Assembly (NCBI RefSeq): GCF_004010195.1
Contig: NC_057719.1
Span: 77,640,373 to 77,704,372 of the forward strand
DNA length: 64,000 bases
DNA from: Chiloscyllium plagiosum
Taxonomy: Eukaryota
Reading direction: 5' to 3'
Shown: one piece after another, positions 37,949-47,832 of the stretch
How the letters are laid out: each line of letters starts with the position of its first letter
Numbering within the stretch: position 1 is the first letter of the stretch
The notes under the pieces: model-generated
Database searches by the model: none
The model's input: only the letters and a program-made list of their open reading frames with translations
Told to the model about the DNA's origin: nothing
Translations under genes and position numbers: made by a program

Positions 37949-38366
37949 TTGTTATGTCTTGACACTCATATTGATTGAAGCAATAATCTTTAACCCATAA
38001 GAACTTCTGGCGCTTGAAATCATTTTGGCTGATGCCACAATGTCTCCATGTGAATTGAAAGTCTAAAAGCTATGGCTGTTTCAGATTGCCTGTTACTACT
38101 ATGGCCTGTGCATTGTGTTGTGCTACTGTGGTTTGGGGGTGGGGACAAGCAATCTTGCATTTTCTTACACAGCTGATGACTTTTAGACCTTTGCAATCAG
38201 CTTATGGGCATGGCTCGGAAGCATTGAATAATTGTCTTGCTATAATTTTCTTTCTTTCAAATAGCTTGAATATAGCAAAGGTCAAAGATTGGTTCAAGTG
38301 GTCAACTTGACTTGTCAAGTCAACCTGTCAATTCAACTTGTCAACTGCTGGTAGTCCAAAAGCTGT

Positions 38367-38720
38367 AGCAACTTGGAGATAGTGAGGACTGCAGATGCTG
38401 GAAAGTCAGAGTTGATAAAGTGTGCAGGTGGAAAAAGCACAGCACGCCAAGCAGCATCCAATGAAAGGTTCTGACCTGAAACGTCAACTGTCCTGCTCCT
38501 CTGATGCTGTTTGACCTGCAGTGCTTTTTTTTCAGCTCCACTCTTTATTGACACAATCTGATGTTTAACCATGTTTAGAAAAGCGTGTTTTGCCCACTCA
38601 CAATAACAGCCTCTGCTCCAATCTTAATAGGCGATGAGAAAGCACTGATCAATGATAAGGCAGCTGCAACACAATTTAGTTTGAACACTTCCTTAACCTC
38701 CTCAACACTTGGTCCATAGT
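38367..38720 (+). repeat. Left arm of a roughly 350 bp inverted duplication (PLE fold-back plus flank)
   Basis: Reverse complement of 41933-42285 along its whole length, including about 170 bp of non-PLE flank. Confidence 0.9.
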
Positions 38721-39580
38721 GCTTGCTCTCTAGGATAGGAATTCAGAACAAGTTTATCAGAATTCTATGCCTACTTCACAATGACATAGCAGGGCATGTT
38801 TGTTTCTGTTGCCAGATTTCTATTGCCTTTGCAGTAACCAATGACACAAAGCAAGGATTTATCATGACTTCTTAACATTTTGATCTCTTTGCTGCAATGC
38901 ACAAGGAAGCCACCAAAGTTAATACCTCCAGGTTTAGCTTTAGATTTCATTAAGGAAAACCCTTCAATTTCTCCAGAATAGAAACATCACTTGGCAGTAT
39001 AAAGCATTCAAAGAATGTCAGTATTAAAAAGAAGGTGGTGTCGGGTGTCTTGGAAAACATTTAAGGTGGATGAGTCCCCAATGTCGCATGCGATCTATCC
39101 CAGGATACTGAAGGAGGCAAGGAAGGGGATTCCTAGGACTTTGACAGAGATCTTTGCCACAGGTGAAGTCCCAGAAGACTGGAGAATAGTCAATATTGTT
39201 CCTTTGTTTCAGAATAGCAACAGTGATCATCAAGGAAATTATAGGTCACTGAGACTTAAATTAGCAGTAGGGAAATTATTGAAGATAATTAGGGTCAGAT
39301 TTAATTGCTTTTGGATTAAAATGGAGTTATTAGGGCTAATCAGAAGGCCTTATACAGGTGTGGTCCTTTTTCACAAATCCGATTGGGTTTTCTTTGAGGA
39401 AGTAATGATGATTGATGAGGCCAGTGTTGTGGATGTTGCCTACATGGATTTTACTAAAACAATTGACCAGGTGCTTTGTTGTAGGCTGCTCCATAAGATA
39501 AATTGCACGGAATCCATAGTGAGTTGGTAAACTGGATACACTATTGGCCTGGTCATCAAGGCAGACAGTAGTTGTGGAAG

Positions 39581-39771
39581 CAGAAGAGAAAATGCTGGAA
39601 AATCTCAGCTGGTCTGGCAGCATCTGTAAGGAGAGAAAAGAGCTGACGTTTCGAGTCTAACTGACCCTTTGCTTTGACTCAACGTCAGCTCTTTTCTCTC
39701 CTTACAGATGCTGCCAGACCTGAGATTTTGGTTTCAGATTCCAGCATCCGCAGTAATTTCCTTTTATCCAA
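39581..39771. mobile_element. Penelope-derived fold-back terminus (third family)
   Basis: Arms GGTCTGGCAGCATCTGTAAGGAGAGAAAAGAGCTGACGTT and AACGTCAGCTCTTTTCTCTCCTTACAGATGCTGCCAGACC. TSD TAGTTGTGGAAG at 39569-39580 and 39772-39783. Half-hammerhead GGGTC-AGTTA-GACTC GAAACGTC on -. Confidence 0.85.
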
Positions 39772-40470
39772 TAGTTGTGGAAGGGTGTATCACAGACTGG
39801 AGATCTGTGACAAGTGGAAGGATCAGTGATGGGACCTCCTATTGTTTTGTAACATATGTGAAAATGTAGGTGGCCTGATTAGTATTCAAAAATTGTTGGA
39901 GTTATGAATAGTGAGGACGGTTGTGTAATGCAACAGTGGGATACAGATCAGTTGTAAAGTTGGGCAGAGAAATTTCAGATGGAGTTTAATCTGGACAAGA
40001 GTGAGGTGATGTGCTTTTGGAGATCAATTGCAAGAGAAAAGTATACAGTAAATGGCAGGCATTGATTTGCAAAGGGACTTGGGGTGCAAGTCTATAGGGC
40101 CCTGGAAGTTATAACTTAAGTGGAGAAGGTAGTAATGAAAGCAGATGGCATACTAGCCTTCACGGGTCAAGGCACTGAGTATAAAAGTTAGCAAGCCATG
40201 TTCCAGCTGTACAGAACTTCATTTGGGCCACATTTGAAGTACTGAGCGCAGTTCTCGTTGCCACACTTTGGAGAGGATAGCAGAAGACATTTACAAGGAT
40301 GTTGCCTGGATTGGAGTGTATTATCTATAAAGAGAGATTGGACAAACTTGGATTGTTTTTGCTAGAGTATCGGAGGCAGAGGGGTGACCTGATAGAAGTA
40401 TATTAAATTGAGAGGCATGGACAGGGTGAATAGTTGGGAGTATTTTTCCCGCAGGGTCGAAATGTCAAAT

Positions 40471-40667
40471 TTGAAGAGCTTGGTACTAGAAAAGCACAGG
40501 TCAGGCAGCATCCAAGGAGCAAGAAAATTGACATTTTGAGTATAAGCTGTACGCTTGAAACATTGATTCTCCTGCTGCTTGGATGCTGCCTGATCGGCTG
40601 TGCTTTTCCAGCACCACACTTTTCTACTCTGATCGCCAGTGTCTGCAGTGCTCACTTTCTCCCAGTG
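40471..40667. mobile_element. Penelope-derived fold-back terminus
   Basis: TSD GAAATGTCAAAT at 40459-40470 and 40668-40679; same arms as 21824-22028. Confidence 0.85.
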
Positions 40668-40725
40668 GAAATGTCAAATACTATGGGGTATATGTTTAAG
40701 GTGTGAGAAATATTTTAAAGGAGAC

Positions 40726-41843
40726 GTTCCCAATGGGAGACTGGTTAGCAATACAAAGAGAACTAGCCATCTGGATACAGAACTGGCTCAAAGGTAAAAG
40801 ACATAGGGTGGTGGTGGAGGGTTGTTTTTCAGATTGGAGGCCTGTGACCAGTGGAGTGCCATAAAAATTGGTGCTGGGTCCACCATGTTTCATCATTTAT
40901 ATAAATGATTTGGATCTGAACATAGGTGGTATAGTTAGTAAGTTTGCAGATGACACCAAAATTGGAGGTCTAGTGGACAGTGAAGAAGATTACCTCAGAT
41001 TACAACAGAATCTTGATCAGATGGGCCAATGGGCTGAGGAGTGGCAGAGGGAGTTTAATTTAGATAAATGCATTTTGGAAAAGCAAATCTGAGCAGGACC
41101 GAAACACTTAATGGTAAGATCCTGGTGAGTGCTGTTGAACAAAGAAACCTTGGAGTACGGGTTCATAGCTCCTTGGAATTGCAGGTAGACAGGATAGTGA
41201 AGAAGGCATTTGGTATGCTTTGCTTTATCTGTCAGAGTATTGAGTATAGGAGTTGGGATGTCATGTTGCAGCTGTACGGGATGTTTGTAAGGCCACTTTG
41301 AAATATGGTGTGCAATTCTGGTCTCCTTCCTCTCTGAAGGATGTTGTGACACTTGAAAGGGTTCAGAAAAGATCTATAAGAATGTTGCCCAGGCTGGAGG
41401 ATTTGAGCTATAGGAAGCGGTTGAATAGGCTGGGGCTGTTTTCCCTTGAGCGTTGGAGGCTGAGGGGTGATCTTTATAGTGGTTTATAAAATCATGAGGG
41501 GCATGGATAGGGTAAATAGACAAAGTCTTTTTCCTGAATGGGGGTTCCCAGAACTAGGGGGCTTAGATTTAGGGCAAGGGGAAAAATTTAAAAAGAGACA
41601 TAAAAGCAACTTTTTTATGCAAAGGGTGGTGCATGTATGGAATGGGCTGTCAGAGGAAGTGATGGAGGCTGGTACAATTATAATATTTAAAAGGCATCTG
41701 GATTATTCATGAATAGGAAGGGTTTAGAGGGACTTGGGCCAAGTGCTGGCAAATGGGACTAGGCTAATTTAGGATATCTGGTTGGCATGGATAAGTTAGA
41801 CAGAAGGATCTGTTTCTAAGCTGAACGTATCTTTGACTCTATG
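40726..41843 (+). mobile_element. 5'-truncated CR1 LINE (young subfamily)
   Basis: IYINDL..SKFADDTK; collinear with 3585-4740; tail TTTGACTCTATG. Confidence 0.93.
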
Positions 41844-41932
41844 CATGATTTAATTGTCCAATATTCCAATGTGTCCAACTTTTAATCAAATCAAATTAAC
41901 TGTATTGTATGATGTTTGTTTTCCCGCTTGCA

Positions 41933-42285
41933 ACTATGGAACAAGTATTGAGGAGCTTAAGGAAGTGTTCAAGCAAAGTTGTGTTGCAGCTACCTTTTTA
42001 TTAATGATTAGTTCTTTCTCATCCCCTGTTAAGATTGGAGCAGAGGCTGTTGTTGTGGGTGGGCAATACACACTTTTCAACATGGTAAAATGTCAGATTA
42101 TGTCAATAAAGAGTGGAGCTGGATAAAGCACAGCAGGTCAAACAGCATTAGAGGAGCAGGGGTGGTGATGTTTCAGGTCGGAACCTTTCATCTGATGCTG
42201 CTGGACGTGCTGTGCTTTTTCCACCTGCACACTTTATTAACTCTGATTTTCCAGCATCTGCAGTCCTCACTATCTCCAAGTTGCT
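41933..42285 (-). repeat. Right arm of the roughly 350 bp inverted duplication
   Basis: Reverse complement of 38367-38720. Confidence 0.9.
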
Positions 42286-42335
42286 GAAAACAATACTGCG
42301 AAGCCTCTGCCAAGGATGCCAACCTTGATGAAGTT

Positions 42336-42535
42336 AAAAATCACACAACACCAGGTTATAGTCCAACAGGTTTATTTGGAAGCACTATCTTTTGGTGTGC
42401 TGATCCTTCATCAGGTGGTGAAGGAGCGGTGCTCTGAAAGCTAGTGATTCCAAATAAACCTGCTGGACTATAACCTGGTGTGTGATTTTTAATTTTGTCC
42501 ACCCCAGTCCAACACCGGCACCTCCCAAGTTATGA
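42336..42535. mobile_element. Penelope fold-back terminus (second family)
   Basis: Arms CACCAGGTTATAGTCCAACAGGTTTATTTGGAA and TTCCAAATAAACCTGCTGGACTATAACCTGGTG. TSD CAACCTTGATGAAGTT at 42320-42335 and 42536-42551. Hammerhead remnants on both strands. Confidence 0.88.
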
Positions 42536-42559
42536 CAACCTTGATGAAGTTTTCCTCCC

Positions 42560-42692
42560 CAGTCCCGATGATAGGTTCCAACCTGTTACGTCAACACCCC
42601 TGCTCCTCTGATGCTGCTTGAGTTGCTGTGCTTTTTCCAGCTTCACATTTTCTTGACTTTGACTTCCGAGCATCTGCAGTTCTCACTATCTG
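42560..42692 (+). mobile_element. Penelope terminus fragment
   Basis: CCGATGA-T-AGGT TCCA ACCT-GTTA-CG-TC followed by the common terminus ..GCATCTGCAGTTCTCACTATCT. Confidence 0.75.
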
Positions 42693-44479
42693 CAAAATAT
42701 CAAATTGTGCATCACAGTTAGAAGTTGCAGCTCATACTATGGAGTTTCTCTATGGACTACAGGGTCTTAGCCAGCTAGCCAATAAATCAGATCATTTTTA
42801 AGACCTCCTAGCCACCCAACTAAAATGTATTGGGTATCTTATTACATATGGAATAGGTCTGAAGTTGATCTAAGAAACTTTCCTGAAATTAGTTTACAAA
42901 GAGGAGAGCAAGAAACATGGGGTAAGGCTTAGTTTGATTGAATAAGTGCCTTCTGCTGAATGAATTGCAAACAACTTGCTTGTTAATTTTTCCTTGTATG
43001 AGTTTAAAAGTCGAGAGTGATCACTTGGGGGGGGTGGTGGGAGAAACAAATGGAAAATGGCAGCTGTCTTAAAGGTAATTTCCAACTGTATTGAGCTCCT
43101 TCCTCAATCTGTGTGTGAGGTGATGCATAATCTTTTTCTTTGGAATAAACATTGTCAAGATTTATTTGGGTTGCAGGTTTTACTTTGCGTAATATTTTAT
43201 CCTGCCTTATGAAAGCAAAGACGCTAATTCCAGGGAGCCCACAACGGTTCAGATCCACATGACCTTTATCAATGCTCTTGAAAAGAAGGGAAAATTAACC
43301 CTAAAAATTGTCTAAATAGAAGGGAACTTTCAGCAGTTGGAGCCGGAGATTACACTATGCTTAACTAAATTGATCCGATTCAGTGCTGCTATATTTTAAT
43401 TCTGTTTGGTCAATCCCATTGAAAAGTGGATATAAATTGGGACTCCTTTGAGATTTCTTTCAGTTTGACTAGGCAATTGATATTCTAGTTGAGATTGCAT
43501 ACACAGAATGGTCATTTTAGGAGAGACGTGGCAAGGTGGATTAGCAACAAGTCATTGCAGGTTGTTAGCCAGTGCAGACCCACAGTCTTGCATCAGTCAG
43601 GTGCTAGAGAGCCTTGTCTTGACCAAAGAATTTTTAAAGCTGGCAAGGCTAAAAAAAAATCATTCCAAGATTGATTTAGAGTGTATCAGTTTTACAAGAG
43701 AGGGAACTCATTCTAAATTTCATTCTAATACGTTTCACAGTGCATTATATGTACAAGTTCCAGTTGTGTTTGGAATTGACACAAGCAGCACAATAGAAGC
43801 CTTGAAACATATTTTAAATTCTCTGGTCTTCATTGTGGTTGTGTGGCCTAGAAACCGTTCATTAACTGAACTCCCCGTTGTGGAGATTTAATTTAAGTGG
43901 GTCATATCACATTCCTATCTTAGTATCTGGAGCGAATGCTACTCGACATCTTCAGACTTCTGTTCAGACGACATTTGTAGTCTGATAAGGGGAAACATTT
44001 CACTATTTTTAATAATGAATTTTAACTCATGTATAGCATCTAGCTATTGTTTAATTGGTGTAATTTGAGGAATATATTCATTTTCTTGGCAAGTTGTACT
44101 TGTATTCGTAGTAATACTTATCGATTAAGCAATCTGTCTTGGTATCTCAGGTGGATTTGAAAATCTAAGGTGCTTTCTTTTAAAGTATGATGAGTCCACT
44201 TGATTTCAAATTGCCAGATTATCTACTCTGATATTAAAAGGAGGTTGACAAGTTTTTTTAAAAATTGACACCAAGCCACAAGGCATAATATCCTCCTAAA
44301 GAGGGGGGTGGTTAGGAAGGGAATTTCAGAATTTAGTGCTTCAAGTTGGAAGTATGGCTGCTGGTGGTTGCACAATTTAAAATTTGGGATTTAAGAATGG
44401 ATGTATGAAAGTGCCAAGAAGGAGAAGGAGAATTTGATAAATTAGGTGAAATTGTAATATTAGAGAAAGGAAATCAAAC

Positions 44480-45128
44480 AATTCCCAGGGACTATGATAA
44501 AATGTTTAATAGTAGGGTACTTGGGAAAACAGTGACAAGATCAAATGGCATGGTTTAGGAAACATGCTTGATAATCTAATGAAATTCATTTGAGAATGTA
44601 TCTAGTGCGGATGATGAGGAAGAACCAGTGAATGTAGTTTATCTGGACTTGCAATAAGGTCCCACCAAAAGAGATCAGCATGTACAATTTAAAGCACATG
44701 GGATTAGATTAGTGTACTGACATGGATGGAGAGCCAGTAGGCTGACAGGAAATAGATAATCTGAATAAACAGGTCTTTTTCTAAGTGGTGGGCAGTGATT
44801 AGTGAGGTGTTGTAGGTATCACTGCTTAGACTCTAGTTATCAGCAATATATATTAATGATTTAGAATAAAAGTGTTGTCTCAGAGCTGGGTGGCAGGATG
44901 AATTATGAAGAGGATGCAGAGATGCTTCAAGAGATTTGGACACAGTTAGTAGAGGGCAAATGCACGGGAAATACAATATAATGTGGAGTTATCCACTTTG
45001 GGAGCAGAGGCAGGAAGGCAGATTATTACCTGAACAGTGATAGATTGGGAAAGTCCTGAGATTGTCATACACGAGCTGATGAAATTAAGCATGCAGATGC
45101 AGCAGGTGATGAAGAAAGTGAATGGTAT
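44480..45128 (+). mobile_element. Old CR1 fragment
   Basis: GTAGTTTATCTGGACTT..TAAGGTCCCAC and ATATATATTAATGATTTAGA are degenerate CR1 RT sequence. Confidence 0.7.
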
Positions 45129-45215
45129 CAAAAATAAAAGGACTGGAGAAGCTCAACAAGTCTGGCAGCATTTATGGAGAGAAACTAGAGTTAATGTTCA
45201 GGTTCAGTGACTCTT

Positions 45216-45720
45216 TGGATGTAGGTTTGCTTGCTGAGCTACAAGGTTCATTTCCAGACATTTCGTTACCCTACTAAGTAACATCTTCAGTGGGCCTTGG
45301 GTGAAGCAATGCTAAAAATTCCTGCTTTCTATTTACATGTTTGGGTTTCTTGGGTTGATGTCATTTCCGGTGGTGATGTTATTTCCTGTGGTGAAGTCAC
45401 TTCCGGTTCCTTTTCTCAGGGGGTGGTAAATGGAGTCTAACTCGATGTGTTTGTTGATAGAGTTCCAGTTGGAATGCCATGCTTCTAGGAATTCGTGTAC
45501 GTGTCTTTGTTTGGCTTGTCCTAGGATGGATGTGTTGTCCCAGTCGAAATGGTGTCCTTCCTCATCCATATGTGAGGATACTAGTGAGAGAGGGTCATGT
45601 CATTTTGTGCATAGTTGGTGTTCATGTATCTTGGTGGTTAGTTTTCTGACTGTTTGTCCAATGTAGTGTTTTGTTACAGTCCTTGCATGGTATTCTTGTA
45701 AATGACATTAATTTTACTCG
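45216..45720 (-). mobile_element. Penelope-like element fragment (GIY-YIG domain plus terminus; fourth family)
   Basis: ORF 45333-45569 reads EGHHFDWDNTSILGQAKQR..EFLEAWHS..SINKHI; upstream CKDCNK.HYIGQT is GIY-YIG-like (about 45650-45690). A hammerhead follows. Confidence 0.9.
45254..45293 (-). ncRNA. Minimal type I hammerhead ribozyme motif (best preserved in the window)
   Basis: On -: CCA CTGAAGA T GTTAC-TTAGTAGG-GTAAC GAAA TG TC TGG, giving stem I CCA/TGG, stem II GTTAC/GTAAC and cleavage triplet GTC. Confidence 0.75.
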
Positions 45721-47657
45721 AGCTGACTGGTTTGCAATTCCCAGTTTTCTCTCTGTCTCTCTTCTTAAATAGAGGGGATAAACTAACTACCCCATAACCT
45801 TGGGAACTGTTCCAGAGTCTGTAGAATCTTAAAAGATGACCACTATTTGTAGGGCTGCATCCTTGGTCTGGAATTTAGATTATAGGGTCTGGGAATTAAT
45901 CAGCCTTCAATCCCATTGTTACATATGTAGTTCAGTGTGTGATACCCCTTTTTAAGAGTGGGTCAGATGACCTGCAGACAATAGTGAGGGGAGGCAGTCG
46001 AACTCAGAGGATGGAGTTGAGAGGACACAATGAAGTATTCCCTGTTGAGGTTTACCCTCTTTACCCCGTGTTCTATTTATGGTTCTAGTGAACCACAACA
46101 TAGTAAGATTAAGCAACAAGATTAGGATCTAGCCCACAAACTGTGTGCCAACATAGCGTTTTCTTTGTCAGGAGGAAGGACGTCATCTGGACTTCGAAAA
46201 TGGCATGGGATTGTGGTGATGTTGCCAGGGGACAAAGGCTGTGGTTGACACCAGGGAAGAATGGTACACACTGGGGAGTGTGCCAAGAGTGGCAGTCATG
46301 AGGAGATTGGGCCACAGCTGATGGCTGGAGAGGGAAGTATTCAGTTGGAAGCTAACCAAAATTGTTGAGGAGAGCAGTTGTAAGGGATTGTGGCTGTGAG
46401 CAATGCCAAGGAGGAATGGCATGCTAACACAGTCGGTGAGGATGAGCATTAACCTTGGGGATTCTGGCTGAGAATGGCTGAGAACAGCTACTAGACCCAA
46501 GTGGGGGGATAAGGGATAAAACAAAACTGTGGGCCAATTTGGAGCAATAGGCTAGTTTGATGAAAAGATAAAAGTTGAATTCTGTACAGTGATCCTCTTA
46601 TTTTTTTAAATGCATACTTAAAGGCAAACAAAGTATCTAAACGTATAGAGCTATCAGTTTTCTTGAGTATCGTTTGGGAGCAAGACCTTCCAGAAGAGTG
46701 GTGAAAGCAGAGAAATCCATGGAGAAGGCATACCACATGCTATGCGAAGCATTGGGCAGTTACTTTACATCAAAGCCACTGATGGTCCAGAAGGTTTCAA
46801 TTTTTATACAGCACAAAGAAGAGTACACAGCCCAATTGGTGGCTGTCTTAGAGGTTAGTGGAACATTGCAAATTTGAAGGATTCCTCCAAAAAGCCTTGC
46901 AGAATTGTTTGGTTTGTGACCTCCAACACAAATTCATCCAATGGAATCTACTAACAAGGAGAGACTTTTATTAAGGCACCCTTGAAAAAGTTGGCCGGCA
47001 GCAAAGCAACACAGTTGTGACAACACCTTGGTGCCTAAAGTAGCAGAAAATCAGCAGATTGTGGTACCAATGTAGAATCCTGTTAATGTGGGAAGAGTGG
47101 CCATAAGGAGTCAGTGAATTGGACTCTAGTCCAGTGCTGCAGTGTACGCGAGTGGGCTACATTGCTTGATTTGCACCTAGCAATTTCAGGCAAGCGAAGA
47201 GGTTTCGAAAGGAGAGAATTCAGAGGACAAGGCATAAAGAACATGCTGCCAGCCAGGAAATAGGAAGTTAGCTAGGTCTGCAGAGAAGCAGAAGGTCTAG
47301 AGTTGGCAGAGCTTTGGTTAAACATCCTATCGGTTCACGGCAAAGCTGAAGGTTTCTGGGTTCTTCATACATTGGAGGGGAAGACAATAAATATGGAAGT
47401 GGATATGGGTGCAGCGATGTCTCTGACTCCCTAATCCAAAATATAAGGAAAAGTTTAAAGGCATTGTCATTGATGTCTACCAAGACTTCATAACAAACGT
47501 ACATGGAGCAAGTGGTGCCACTGAAGTGCTATATACTGGAAAAAGTAAAACTAAGGGACCAGTGTACCAAACTGCTTCTGTTTGTGATGAAAGGTATGCA
47601 TTATTTGGATGCTCCTGGTTTCAGAAATTAAAGTTAGCTTGGGCATGGTTAATAGGC

Positions 47658-47832
47658 ACAGGCAGCATTTGAGGAGCAGGAGAATCGCGTTTCGGGCATA
47701 AGCCCTTCCTGAAGAAGGGCCTATGTCTGAAACGTCAATTCTCCTGCTCCTCGGATGCTGCCTGGCCTGCTGTGTTTTTCCAGCACCACATTTTTCAACT
47801 CTGGTCTCCAGCATCTGCAGTCCTCACTTTCT
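47658..47832. mobile_element. Penelope-derived fold-back terminus nested in Gypsy pol
   Basis: TSD CATGGTTAA(T/C)AGGC at 47644-47657 and 47833-47846; hammerhead motif at 47706-47740. Confidence 0.9.
47706..47740 (+). ncRNA. Minimal hammerhead ribozyme motif (core intact, stems weakened)
   Basis: TTC CTGAAGA A GGGC-CTAT-GTCT GAAA CG TC AAT. Stem II relies on two G.U pairs and the first stem I pair is mismatched. Confidence 0.55.

Larger units (their letters stand above)
39030..40725 (+). mobile_element. Older CR1 LINE with two PLE insertions
   Basis: ORF 39015-39530 has IYPRILKE..GEVPEDWRIVNIVPLF..GNYRS and VDVAYMDFTK. Confidence 0.9.
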
